In this document: in pieces, positions 9,782 through 19,143 of the stretch | Position numbering within the stretch: the first letter of the stretch is position 1 | How the letters are laid out: each line of letters starts with the position of its first letter | Assembly: GCA_039414355.1 (NCBI GenBank) | Contig: JBCDJN010000002.1 | Span: 42,443 to 106,442, forward strand | Source of the DNA: Planctomycetota bacterium | Lineage (GTDB): Bacteria > Planctomycetota > Planctomycetia > Pirellulales > Lacipirellulaceae | Reading direction: 5' to 3' | Length of the DNA: 64,000 nt | Made by a program: the position numbers and the translations under genes | Notes under the pieces: generated by a model | Databases searched by the model: none | Told to the model about the DNA's origin: nothing | Seen by the model: the letters and a program-made list of their open reading frames with translations, nothing else

Positions 9782-12700
9782 CTAAGCCGGCTTGGAACGC
9801 TCTTCGCCCGACCGCATACCGAGGTTCCCGTACCGGTGGTAGACGTGTGAGACGCTCTGCTCCTCGTGCAGCCAGAGCAGGTCAACTCGTCCGGCACCGG
9901 TGACCGGCTGATCGGCGACAAACGCCAGGCTCTCCGCCGCGGCGAGGCGGACTGGTTCAGGCACGGCCTCCGGGGTGGCGTAGCGGCAGCGCTCAACGAC
10001 GCCATCGCTTATGCCACTCGCCAACTCGTCATCGGTTTGCTGGACGAACTCGATCGCGCCTGCCCAGGGGTAGGTGGCGTCTTCGAGTCTCCCAAGGAAC
10101 GCTTCGAGGTCGCTCGGCACCTCGGGCGGCCGCGTCACTACCGCGCGGCAGTCGACTACCCGCGCCGCAATCACCCGCGCCGCGATATCCCAAGGCGTGT
10201 CCGACGGCGTGACGCGGACGTGCACGCTCCCCAGCGGCAGGTAACGCCGCTGGTTGTCCTCGCCAATCAGCCGGAAGTGATCGTGCTCCGGGGCGAACTC
10301 CTCGGCAAACGCCATGGCGTAGTCGGCGATCAAGCGCTCAAGCGGCCCTTCGCCGTTCGAAGCCTCTTCGCTGGTCGGCCGTGTCGGCTTCAGCGCGGCA
10401 AGCGGCGATAGATCGAAGCCGTCGCTGACCGGCTGGCTGGCGTCGGTCTCAGCGAGCTGCAGCACGTAGTTCGGTCCGCCTGCCTTGCAGCCGGGGCCGA
10501 CGCTGCTCTTGCCCATGCCGCCAAACGGCTGGCGGAGAACGATGGCGCCGGTCGTCGGCCGGTTGATGTAGAGGTTGCCGGCGCGGACCGTCTCGCGCCA
10601 CTGCTCGTGCTCGCGATCGTCCAGGCTCTCCAGACCCGACGTGAGCCCGTAACCGGTGCTGTTGACCACCTGCACCGCCTCGCCCAGCGTGCGGGCCGAC
10701 ATCACGCCGAGCACCGGGCCGAAGAACTCGGTGTCGTGCGTGTAGCTGCCGCGCGAGACGCCCCACTTCACGCCGGGCGCGACGAGACAGGGGTTCTCGT
10801 CCACACGCAGCCGCGGCGCCACGAGCCAAGACTCGCCCGGCTCAAGCTCTTTGAGCGCCCGCTCCAAGTCGCCCGCGGGCGGGCGGACGAGCGGGCCAAT
10901 CTTCGTCGGCAGGCTCCACGCAGACCCGACACGCAGACTCTCCACCGCGTCGGCCAGCGACTCGCGGAAGGACGGGTCTTCGTAGACCTCTTCTTCGAGA
11001 ATCAGCAGCGACGTGGCCGAGCACTTCTGGCCGCCGTGGCCGAAGGCCGAGTGCAGCACGTTCTTGATCGCCAAGTCGCGGTCGGCCATAGCGGTGACGA
11101 TGGTGGCGTTCTTGCCGCCGGTCTCGGCGAAGAGACGCATCGTGGGCTTGGCGGTCAGCATCCGCTGGGCGGTCTCGGTGCCGCCGGTGAGCACCACGGC
11201 GCCAACGCCGGGGTGAGTGACCAACCGCTGCCCAGCGCCGCCGCCGGGGCAGGGCGCCAGTTGCAAAGCCTCCCGCGGCACGCCCGCTCGCCAGAAGCAG
11301 TCGCACAGCGCGTGGGCGATGGCGACGGTGTCGCTTGCCGGCTTGAGGATCACCGTGTTGCCCGCGGCCAGCGCCGCCGCAACCCCGCCGCACGGGATAG
11401 CCAGCGGAAAGTTCCAAGGCGAGACCACCGCCACCACGCCGCGGCCGCGTGAGTTCAGCCCCGGCACGGCTTCCAGCTCTTCGGCCGACTGGCCGTAGAA
11501 GCGGCAGAAGTCGATCGCCTCGCTCACCTCGGGGTCGCTCTCCGTGAGCAGCTTGCCACCCTCGGCGAGCATCAGTCCGAGCAGGTCGCCGCGTGCGGCG
11601 GCGAGTTCGTCGGCAACACGGTTGAGCATCTGCCGCCGCTCCGCCACGGGGCGGCGCCGCCAGCCGGCGGGATCGTCCGTGGCGATCTCAACCGCGGTGT
11701 CGATGTCCTCGTCCGTGGCCAATCGATACCGGCCAACCACGACGCCGGGCCGCGAAGGATCGGTCGACTCGCGAACCTCACGGCCGTCGAAACGATCTTC
11801 TCCGCCGACAACGAGCGGAACGTCAACCGCCGCTTCGCCGTGCTTTTCTCGCCACGCGTCGAGAATCGACTCCGCCCATTCCGCGTGATGCGGCAGCGAC
11901 CAATCGGTATCGGGCTCGTTCGTGAAGCGCACTTCCTCCGGTCGTTTGCGCTCGCGGCTCGCCGGAGTCCTTCGGTCTTGTGTTCGTCTTGGCTGGTTGG
12001 TGACCGTTTGCATCGCGGCGAACGACTCGGCGAACTGCTGCTCGAGCCGCTGCCACGCGTCGCTGTCGGTGGTGATGCTGAAGGCGTGGCGGAGGAAGTT
12101 ATCAGGACCGGTGTTTTCATCGAGCCGGCGGACGAGGTAGCCGATCGCGTTGACGAAGTTCTCTTGCTGGCACGTGGGCGCGTAGAGCAGCAGGCTGGGG
12201 GCGAGCTCAAAGAGCGCGCGCCGCTGGTGGTTGGCCATGCCCTCAAGCATCTCAAACTGCACGCGATCCGCCGCGTCCTGCCGCGCGGCGGCGATCAGCC
12301 CGTAGGCCAGGTTGAACAAGTTGTGCGACGCGACCCCAAGTCTTGCCGCCGCGAGGTTCTCCGGCTTGATCGCCTCGTGCAGCATCTTCAAGAAGTTGGC
12401 GTCGGTCTCGCACTTTGACTTGTAGGGCGCCTGGGGCCATCCGTAGCTGCTGGCTTCGACCCGCTCCATCTCCATGTTGGCGCCCTTAACGATGCGCACC
12501 GTGATGGGCGCCCCGCCCGCGGCCACGCGCTGGCGGGCCCACGCGTAGAGCTCTTGCTGCACGAGGAAAGAGTCCGGCACGTACGCCTGCAGCGCGATGC
12601 CGGCAGGCGCGTCCTCCAGGCCCGGCCGATCGAGCGTCGCCCGGAACGCCTCGGCTGTGAGCCGCAGGTCGCGGTACTCCTCCATGTCTAGGTAGACAAA

Positions 12701-13462
12701 CTTGGGAACCACCACGCCATCGGGCCGCGTGAACTTGCCGCGGGCCGCGGCGCGGAAGAGCAGCTCCAGTCGATCGGCGAGCACCCCCACCGTGTGGCGA
12801 CGGGCGAGCGTGGAGATCTGCGAGTAGATCGTCGAGATCTTCACGCTGGTCACTTCGATCTCCGGCCGCTGCAGCGCCGCCAGGTAACCGTCCAGGCGCC
12901 GGCGGGCTTCGCGCTCGCCGAGCAGCGCCTCGCCGAGTTCGTTGATGTTCATCCGCAGGCCTTCGCGGTGCCGCGCGGCCAGGTGCGACGCCAGCGGCTC
13001 GGGCTCGGCGGGCAGGACGACGTTGGCCGTTTCCTGCCGCATCTTCTCCTTGACCAGCGGCATGGCGACGCCCGGCAGGTAGCCGCCGAACGACTGAAAG
13101 CCCCGCAGCATCGCCCGGTCAATAGGCGAGAAGAACCGCGGCACGCCCTGAGCGTCGAGCACGTGGATGAGTTGATCCGCCGAGCGGTCCCACGCCCGGC
13201 TGCGGAACGCCTGGTCGGTGAGCTGCATAAGCGTCGCCTTGTCGGCGGGGTGCTGCATCATGCGGTCGAGCTCCGCCTGCTGGCGACGCTCGGCGGGGGT
13301 CTGCAGGTCCGCGGCCCGGTCCTGCAGCCGGCGGGCGAGGAACATCGCCTCCTGGGCCGTTTGGGGCGGGGCGTCGGCCGAGGTATCCAGCTCAATGCCT
13401 TCGAGCAGCTTCTGAACGTCGGCCGCCAGACGTTGGGCAACCTTAGGGGCGAGCGTTGGCAT
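9782..13462 (-). CDS. putA: bifunctional proline dehydrogenase / L-glutamate gamma-semialdehyde dehydrogenase
   Basis: 1226-aa ORF. The N-terminal half has the proline dehydrogenase TIM-barrel pattern (IALQAYVPDS, VRIVKGANMEMERV, VASHNLFNLAYG, FEMLEGMANH). The C-terminal half is an aldehyde dehydrogenase (VSPWNFPLAIP, ETGGKNA, GQKCSATS). Confidence 0.95.
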   Translation of the reverse strand: MPTLAPKVAQRLAADVQKLLEGIELDTSADAPPQTAQEAMFLARRLQDRAADLQTPAERRQQAELDRMMQHPADKATLMQLTDQAFRSRAWDRSADQLIHVLDAQGVPRFFSPIDRAMLRGFQSFGGYLPGVAMPLVKEKMRQETANVVLPAEPEPLASHLAARHREGLRMNINELGEALLGEREARRRLDGYLAALQRPEIEVTSVKISTIYSQISTLARRHTVGVLADRLELLFRAAARGKFTRPDGVVVPKFVYLDMEEYRDLRLTAEAFRATLDRPGLEDAPAGIALQAYVPDSFLVQQELYAWARQRVAAGGAPITVRIVKGANMEMERVEASSYGWPQAPYKSKCETDANFLKMLHEAIKPENLAAARLGVASHNLFNLAYGLIAAARQDAADRVQFEMLEGMANHQRRALFELAPSLLLYAPTCQQENFVNAIGYLVRRLDENTGPDNFLRHAFSITTDSDAWQRLEQQFAESFAAMQTVTNQPRRTQDRRTPASRERKRPEEVRFTNEPDTDWSLPHHAEWAESILDAWREKHGEAAVDVPLVVGGEDRFDGREVRESTDPSRPGVVVGRYRLATDEDIDTAVEIATDDPAGWRRRPVAERRQMLNRVADELAAARGDLLGLMLAEGGKLLTESDPEVSEAIDFCRFYGQSAEELEAVPGLNSRGRGVVAVVSPWNFPLAIPCGGVAAALAAGNTVILKPASDTVAIAHALCDCFWRAGVPREALQLAPCPGGGAGQRLVTHPGVGAVVLTGGTETAQRMLTAKPTMRLFAETGGKNATIVTAMADRDLAIKNVLHSAFGHGGQKCSATSLLILEEEVYEDPSFRESLADAVESLRVGSAWSLPTKIGPLVRPPAGDLERALKELEPGESWLVAPRLRVDENPCLVAPGVKWGVSRGSYTHDTEFFGPVLGVMSARTLGEAVQVVNSTGYGLTSGLESLDDREHEQWRETVRAGNLYINRPTTGAIVLRQPFGGMGKSSVGPGCKAGGPNYVLQLAETDASQPVSDGFDLSPLAALKPTRPTSEEASNGEGPLERLIADYAMAFAEEFAPEHDHFRLIGEDNQRRYLPLGSVHVRVTPSDTPWDIAARVIAARVVDCRAVVTRPPEVPSDLEAFLGRLEDATYPWAGAIEFVQQTDDELASGISDGVVERCRYATPEAVPEPVRLAAAESLAFVADQPVTGAGRVDLLWLHEEQSVSHVYHRYGNLGMRSGEERSKPA

Positions 13463-13618
13463 AGCGGCGCCTCTTGGGGGCAGGTTCCTGGGCTAGCTGA
13501 CCACTCCACGCCGACGGCTCCCGCAAGCCTGCCGACGTTTGCAGTCGGGCGGCGGAAGCGAACCGAATCGGCATAAAGGAATTGTCACACCTAACCACGC
13601 CAAGGCAAAACAAGCCGT

Positions 13619-14683
13619 GTGGTTGCATGCGGCAACCCCGGCGAGAGATACTTACAGACCCCGCGCCCGCCCCGCCCGCCATCCCCCGCCTTGCCCGTGC
13701 CGCGTCGCAGCGAACAGATCGACTCGCGGACGCAGATCGTCACGCCGGAGAACATCGCGTTCGAGTACCGCACCGCCGGTCCCTTCAGCCGACTGGGCGC
13801 CTACTTGATTGACGTCATGGTGCAGTTGGTGACGGTCTTCCTCACCATCTTTGTCTTCTTCCTGTCGTACATTCTCGTCCTTACCGCGTTGCAGGTGCGT
13901 GGCGGGATGTCTTTCTGGGGTGTGATCGGCAACCTCGGCACGTTCACCGTCTTCACGCTCTGGTTCTTCATGCAGTGGTTCTACGGCGCCTACTTCGAGT
14001 ACCGCTGGAACGGCCAAACGCCCGGCAAGCGCTCGGCGAACCTCCGGGTGCTGCAGGTAGACGGCCGACCGATCACGCTCAAGCAGGCGCTGCTGCGGAA
14101 CATCGTCCGGCTGATTGACGCGTGGCCGCCGCTGCCGCTGGGGCAAGAGGTGTCCGCCGTCGTTGCGTTCCTGGCGCCCATCGCCTGCAGCACGCACCTG
14201 GTGGGCCTCACCGCGGCGTCGCTGACGCGGCGGCACCAGCGGCTGGGAGACTTGGTGTGCGGAACAATGGTGGTGGCCGAGGAACGAACGTTCGTCGGTC
14301 AGTTCGAACCGCCGGACGATGAGCGGGTCCGCGAACTCATCGAGGCGCTGCCCGCCGGCTACGTGCCGAGCCGGCCGCTGCTGCGAGCCGTTTCGCATTA
14401 CGTGGGTCGGCGGAAGTACTTCGGCCCCGCGCGGCGGCAAGAGATCGCCCGGCACGTGGGCAAGGAGCTGATCGACCGCCTGACGCTGCCGCAAGACACC
14501 GACTGCGACCTGCTGCTCTGCGCCCTCTACACCAAGGCGATCGGCGAGTCACCGCTGGCCGAGGCCGCGGCGCCGCCTGCGCAGGCCAAGTCGCTGCCGC
14601 CGGCGGAGCCGGTTGGGGCGGCCAGCGGGGCGGGCGGCAAGCAAGACGACGCAACCGACTGGGAGTCGATCCCGCTCGGCTAA
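13619..14683 (+). CDS. RDD-family membrane protein
   Basis: 354-aa ORF with an uncertain GTG start. RLGAYLIDVMVQLV opens the domain, several TM helices follow, and HQRLGDLVCGTMVVAE closes it. This is the RDD domain layout. Confidence 0.85.
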   Translation: MVACGNPGERYLQTPRPPRPPSPALPVPRRSEQIDSRTQIVTPENIAFEYRTAGPFSRLGAYLIDVMVQLVTVFLTIFVFFLSYILVLTALQVRGGMSFWGVIGNLGTFTVFTLWFFMQWFYGAYFEYRWNGQTPGKRSANLRVLQVDGRPITLKQALLRNIVRLIDAWPPLPLGQEVSAVVAFLAPIACSTHLVGLTAASLTRRHQRLGDLVCGTMVVAEERTFVGQFEPPDDERVRELIEALPAGYVPSRPLLRAVSHYVGRRKYFGPARRQEIARHVGKELIDRLTLPQDTDCDLLLCALYTKAIGESPLAEAAAPPAQAKSLPPAEPVGAASGAGGKQDDATDWESIPLG

Positions 14684-14696
14684 CCGCCAAGATGCC

Positions 14697-15722
14697 ATGA
14701 TGCAAGCTACGAAGATGATCGAGCAGCGGAGCCCGCAGTGGCAGCGGCTCGATCAGTACTGCGCGCAGCTCGAGACGAACTCGTCGGCCAAGAAACTCGG
14801 CGCCCGCAACCGCGTGGAGTTCGCGTCGCTCTATCGCTCGGCCTGCGCCGACCTCGCGCTGGCGGACGCCTACCAGTTGCCGGCCGACACGGTCCGCTAC
14901 CTGCACCACTTGGTTGGCCGGGCTCACAACCAGCTCTACCGGGTCGACACGGCGATCGACAGCGGGTGGCGCGACCGCATCTTCAAGACAACGCCGAGGA
15001 TCTTGTTCCGAGACCCGTACGTCCGGCTCGCCGCCGCAGTGTTTTGGCTGCCGTTCCTCGCGGCGATGTTCCTCTCTTCCGCCTACTCGCCCGTGCCCGA
15101 GTTCGCCGAGCAAGCAGCCGGCCGGGAGCAGTTGCTCAGCATGGAGGTCATGCACAGCGAGCCCTTCGCGGATCGCGGCCGGGCCGATGGGTTCATGGCG
15201 GGCTTCTATCTCAAGCACAACACGACCATCGGCCTCCAGTGCTTCGCGTGGGGTTTGGTCTTCGGCGTGCTGGGCATCTTTGTGACGCTCTCCAACGCCG
15301 TGCAGCTAGGCTCGGTCTTCGGTCACATGACCACAGTCGAGAACAACGATCTGTTCTTTGAGTTTGTCACCGCGCACGGCCCTTTTGAGCTTACTGCCAT
15401 TGTCCTCGCCGCGGGGGCGGGCATGAAGATGGGGTTCGCGCTGGTCGATAGCCGCGGACTGCGGAGGGTCGACTCGCTGATGCTCTCCGCGCGTGACGCC
15501 TTGCCCATCCTCGCCACGTCGGTCGCGCTCTTTGTTGGGGCCGCCTTTATCGAAGGTTTCATCTCGCCCAGCACCCTGCCTTACGAGGTCAAGGCGATGG
15601 TCGGCATGCTCTCGACCCTCGGTTTGTTGTGGTACTTTGTGGTCCTCGGCTTCACGCAGCAGGAAGATGCCGCGAAGCCCGCACCTGCCGTGCCAGCAAG
15701 CACCTCCCCGTTCGACACCTAA
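14697..15722 (+). CDS. SpoIIM-like (stage II sporulation protein M / DUF95 family) integral membrane protein
   Basis: The ATG at 14697 lies 13 nt after the RDD stop. The protein is polytopic, and FVTAHGPFELTAIVLAAGAGMKMGFALV resembles the conserved SpoIIM HG-x-xE core. Confidence 0.85.
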   Translation: MMQATKMIEQRSPQWQRLDQYCAQLETNSSAKKLGARNRVEFASLYRSACADLALADAYQLPADTVRYLHHLVGRAHNQLYRVDTAIDSGWRDRIFKTTPRILFRDPYVRLAAAVFWLPFLAAMFLSSAYSPVPEFAEQAAGREQLLSMEVMHSEPFADRGRADGFMAGFYLKHNTTIGLQCFAWGLVFGVLGIFVTLSNAVQLGSVFGHMTTVENNDLFFEFVTAHGPFELTAIVLAAGAGMKMGFALVDSRGLRRVDSLMLSARDALPILATSVALFVGAAFIEGFISPSTLPYEVKAMVGMLSTLGLLWYFVVLGFTQQEDAAKPAPAVPASTSPFDT

Positions 15723-15799
15723 CGGCCCGCCAAGCGTCCGCCCAACTTCCGGCTAGCACCAACACAACTAGCGCCTAGCGCCTCCCACCTCGCGCCTCC

Positions 15800-16630
15800 A
15801 TGAACCTCGACGCCACCAAGATCGCCATCCGCGAACGATCGTTCGGCGAGATCATGGACTTGGCGCTCGTGGTCATCCGCCAGCGGTTCGGCCCGCTGCT
15901 GGTGCTGCTCGCCGTAGGCGCCGCGCCGTGGGCGTTGTTGAATCACTTTCTGACGAGCAGATTGATCCTCGACAGCATCGGAGACGAGGAAGCGGTGTAC
16001 GTCTTCTGGCGAGTGCTGCTTGTGGTGCTGGAAACGCCGCTGGCGACGGCGCCCATCACGCTTTACCTGGGGCAGGTCACCTTCGGCGGCCGGGGCGACG
16101 CCCGGAAGATCGCTGGCGACTTCTTCCGAAGCCTGCCGCAGATGATCATGCTGCAAGGCTTGGCCCGGGTGCTCACCGCGATCCCCTTCGTCACGCTGTT
16201 TATGCCCTACGTGATGTGGCCGTACCTCAGCGAGCTGATCCTGCTGGAACGCAACCCCATGTTCGGCGGCAAGACCAAAGACGGCCGGCCCCGGCTCAAC
16301 ACCCGACGGCGGAGCAAGAACCTGCACCGGAACTCGGGCGGTGACCTCTTCAGCCGGTGGCTGCTGTCGGCCGCCGCGGGGGTGATGCTGATTGTGATCG
16401 GCATCGTTGGCGTGCAGGCGTTGGCCCGGACCTTGTTCGCGGTAGATATCTCGATCATTCAAACGCTGCTGTACGTCTTCCCGGCTATCACGTGGGTGGT
16501 GGTGGGTTACTTCACCGTGGTCCGGTTCTTGGCGTACCTCGACCTGCGGATCCGCCGCGAGGGGTGGGAAGTGGAACTCGCCCTCCGCGCCCAAGCGGCC
16601 CGGCTCGCGTCCGTGGGGGCGGTGGCATGA
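15800..16630 (+). CDS. polytopic membrane protein of the MoxR module (no assignable family)
   Basis: 276-aa ORF with at least 5 hydrophobic helices and a C-terminal YLDLRIRREGWEVEL motif. Its stop overlaps the next start (ATGA at 16627-16630). Confidence 0.75.
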   Translation: MNLDATKIAIRERSFGEIMDLALVVIRQRFGPLLVLLAVGAAPWALLNHFLTSRLILDSIGDEEAVYVFWRVLLVVLETPLATAPITLYLGQVTFGGRGDARKIAGDFFRSLPQMIMLQGLARVLTAIPFVTLFMPYVMWPYLSELILLERNPMFGGKTKDGRPRLNTRRRSKNLHRNSGGDLFSRWLLSAAAGVMLIVIGIVGVQALARTLFAVDISIIQTLLYVFPAITWVVVGYFTVVRFLAYLDLRIRREGWEVELALRAQAARLASVGAVA

Positions 16631-17400
16631 CCGGCTGGAAGCTGCTGCCGCCGATTCTCGCCCTGGCCGCGTTGCTACCGTCGGCCGCCGGGGGGGAGCT
16701 GTCCGACCCGGAAACGGCCGTCGAAGCGGGCCGCCAAGCGCTCGACGCCCAATGGGACCTCGAGTGGTACGACGACGAGGCCGACGCCTTCGAGCTGATC
16801 GACACCCGCCAGCGTGACTACGACTGGGAGTGGCTGAGCTGGATCGGCGATTTCTTTACGTGGCTCAGCTCCTTCAACCTGGACTTTGACTTCGCCAGTC
16901 TGCTGCGGCTGCTGGCGTGGCTGGTGATCCTCGCCGTCGCCGCCTGGTTGATCTACTCCATTGTCAAGGCGTACCAGCGGGTCGAACTCTACAGCGCCGA
17001 AAAGGTTGAGACCGAAGACGACGGGCGCACGCATATCGAGCGTGTCGAGGCGTTGCCCGTGGCCGTTGAGCGCCGCGTGGGCGACCTGCTGGGCGAGGCC
17101 CGCCGGCTGCGGTCGGCTGGCGACCTGACGATGGCGGTCGTCTACCTCTACAGCCACCAACTGGTCCAGCTGGACCGCGCCGGGATGATCCGCCTGATCA
17201 AAGGAAAGACCAACCGCCAGTACCTGCGTGAGCTCAAGCGCGCGTCGCCGCCGGAAACGTTGGCCACAACGCTGAGCGACACGATGCTGTTGTTCGAGCG
17301 ATCGTTCTTCGGCGCGCACCCGCCGGACGAAGGCAAGCTCGACCGGTGCTTCGCCGCCACCGAGGCGTTTGAGCTGGCCGCGAAGGGAGAGCAGGCGTGA
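16627..17400 (+). CDS. DUF4129-like membrane-anchored protein
   Basis: The ATG at 16627 overlaps the upstream stop. The protein has a signal/anchor, a TM helix (LLRLLAWLVILAVAAWLIYSIV) and a C-terminal helical part (AVVYLYSHQLVQLDRAGMIRLIKGKTNRQYLRELK...LLFERSFFG) resembling DUF4129. Confidence 0.8.
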   Translation: MTGWKLLPPILALAALLPSAAGGELSDPETAVEAGRQALDAQWDLEWYDDEADAFELIDTRQRDYDWEWLSWIGDFFTWLSSFNLDFDFASLLRLLAWLVILAVAAWLIYSIVKAYQRVELYSAEKVETEDDGRTHIERVEALPVAVERRVGDLLGEARRLRSAGDLTMAVVYLYSHQLVQLDRAGMIRLIKGKTNRQYLRELKRASPPETLATTLSDTMLLFERSFFGAHPPDEGKLDRCFAATEAFELAAKGEQA

Positions 17401-18608
17401 TCGAAGGAGGAAGGCAGAAGGCGGAGGGCGGAACGACGCGCAGGCGACGCGGCAACACCTGCGCGCGCAACCACCGGCGACCCGCCTTCCGCCTTCCACC
17501 CTCCGCCCTCGCGTTGCTTCTACTGCTGCCGCTGTGCGGGTGCTTTCCCGGTTACCTCGAAGAGCAGTACGGCCGGAGGAGCGGCGTTTGGTCGGACAGC
17601 ATCAACGGGACCGCGGTCCTTGGCAAGATGATCGAGAAAGCCGGGCACAAGGTCCGGTCGGTCGATCGCCTCTACCCGAAGGTCGGCAACGCCGACGTGA
17701 TCGTTTGGTTCTGCGACGACTTCGGCGCCCCCTCGGCCGAGGCCCGTCAGTGGCTCGACGATTGGCTGCTGCTCAGCGACGAGGCGAAGACCCTGGTCTT
17801 TGTCACCCGCGATTACGAGGCGGGCGCCCTGTACTGGTCCGAGATGCAGAAGACCGCCCCGGCGGGCCTGCAGAAGACCCTCGGCAATGAGCGGCGGCAA
17901 TCGCAAACGCGGTTCAACCAGTACCGCGGCGGCGCGCCGGTCACCGACGCCGCCGGCGACTGGTTCACCACCGACCGCCGCACAACAACGCGCACCATCC
18001 AGCAGCTCTCCGGCCCGTGGGCCAAGGGCGTCGACGCCAGCAAGACGCAAATCGAACACCGCGCCTACCTCACGCCGAGCGACGAGGCGGACTTCCTGCT
18101 CGCCGACGAGCGCGGCCATCCGTTGGCGAGCGAGATCGTCTACTCGGGTGAGTCTTGGCAGACGAACGTGAAAGACTCACGGGTCGTGATGATCGAGAAC
18201 GGCGCGTTCCTGCTCAACGGCGCCCTCGTCAACAAAGAACACCGCAAGCTCGCGGGCAGGCTCGTGGATCACCTTGGGCCGCCGAAGCTCAACGTCGTGT
18301 TCCTGGAGTCGGACAGCGACCCGCCGGTGCTGGCGGACGATCCCTCCGTGGGCCCCGCCAGCGCGTTCAAGCACCTCACGCTATGGCCCATTGGCGCGCC
18401 GATCGTGCAGGCCCTGGCGCTCGGCGTGGCGTACGCGGCGTTCCGCTGGCCGATCTTCGGCCGGCCCCGCCGAGGGGAAGAAGCCTCGCTGACCGACTTC
18501 GGCCGGCACGTCGAAGCGGTGGGCCGGCTCCTCGCCGCCACCCGCGACCGCACGTATGCTGACGCCCAACTGCGGGCGTACTTCCAGGCGGCGCGGGAGA
18601 AGGACTAA
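17397..18608 (+). CDS. DUF4350-like lipoprotein
   Basis: The GTG at 17397 overlaps the upstream stop (GTGA). The N-terminus is Arg-rich and is followed by a lipobox-like LLLLLPLCGC. The body (VIVWFCDDFGAPS...TLVFVTRDYEAG) resembles DUF4350. Confidence 0.8.
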   Translation: MIEGGRQKAEGGTTRRRRGNTCARNHRRPAFRLPPSALALLLLLPLCGCFPGYLEEQYGRRSGVWSDSINGTAVLGKMIEKAGHKVRSVDRLYPKVGNADVIVWFCDDFGAPSAEARQWLDDWLLLSDEAKTLVFVTRDYEAGALYWSEMQKTAPAGLQKTLGNERRQSQTRFNQYRGGAPVTDAAGDWFTTDRRTTTRTIQQLSGPWAKGVDASKTQIEHRAYLTPSDEADFLLADERGHPLASEIVYSGESWQTNVKDSRVVMIENGAFLLNGALVNKEHRKLAGRLVDHLGPPKLNVVFLESDSDPPVLADDPSVGPASAFKHLTLWPIGAPIVQALALGVAYAAFRWPIFGRPRRGEEASLTDFGRHVEAVGRLLAATRDRTYADAQLRAYFQAAREKD

Positions 18609-18658
18609 AGGATTATTGACCGCGGAGTTCGCCGGGGACGCAGAGGACGGGTGACCGT

Positions 18659-19141
18659 GTGTTGATCGACAATCCCTATGCATCGCCAGCAACCGGTGCG
18701 AATCCGGTCGAGGTGAAGACCGGAGTAGCTTGGCTACTGGCGCCGACTGGCGTGTCGAGCGTCGTCCTTGCCGCGTGCGTGTATGCGCATTTTGGGGCAT
18801 GCGGCACACATGTGCCTGACGATGTCGTTCCGATCGGCCTGTTGATCCTGCTTTGGTTTCACGTGATTGTCGCGGGCATTTACGTCGGTGCCTTAACAGT
18901 CGCACTCGCGTTATTTGGAGCCCTCACCAACGCAATCCAGTACCGTCGCTGGACAGCGACGGTACTCGCACCAATAGTCGCTCTCGTGTGGCTTCCGATT
19001 GCGTCTTGGATGACCCCGACTGAGCTCTTAGCGTCTGCAACCGCCGTTCCAATACTCCTTGCTGGCGTCACCTTCGATCTTTGCGCAGTCTACTCCACGT
19101 CCTCTGCGACCTCCGCGGTTAATCAACAACCCAAACAATAG
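18659..19141 (+). CDS. small four-helix membrane protein with N-terminal NPYASP motif
   Basis: 160-aa ORF with a GTG start, beginning VLIDNPYASPATG and containing four hydrophobic helices. Its stop lies 2 nt before the moxR ATG. It is visibly more A/T-rich than its neighbours. Confidence 0.6.
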   Translation: MLIDNPYASPATGANPVEVKTGVAWLLAPTGVSSVVLAACVYAHFGACGTHVPDDVVPIGLLILLWFHVIVAGIYVGALTVALALFGALTNAIQYRRWTATVLAPIVALVWLPIASWMTPTELLASATAVPILLAGVTFDLCAVYSTSSATSAVNQQPKQ

Positions 19142-19143
19142 AC

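Noticed and set aside
16690-16696. G7 homopolymer inside the DUF4129-like gene as a phase-variation tract
   Set aside because: The run is short and in frame (GGG GGG codons) in a very G-rich genome. Nothing suggests variability.
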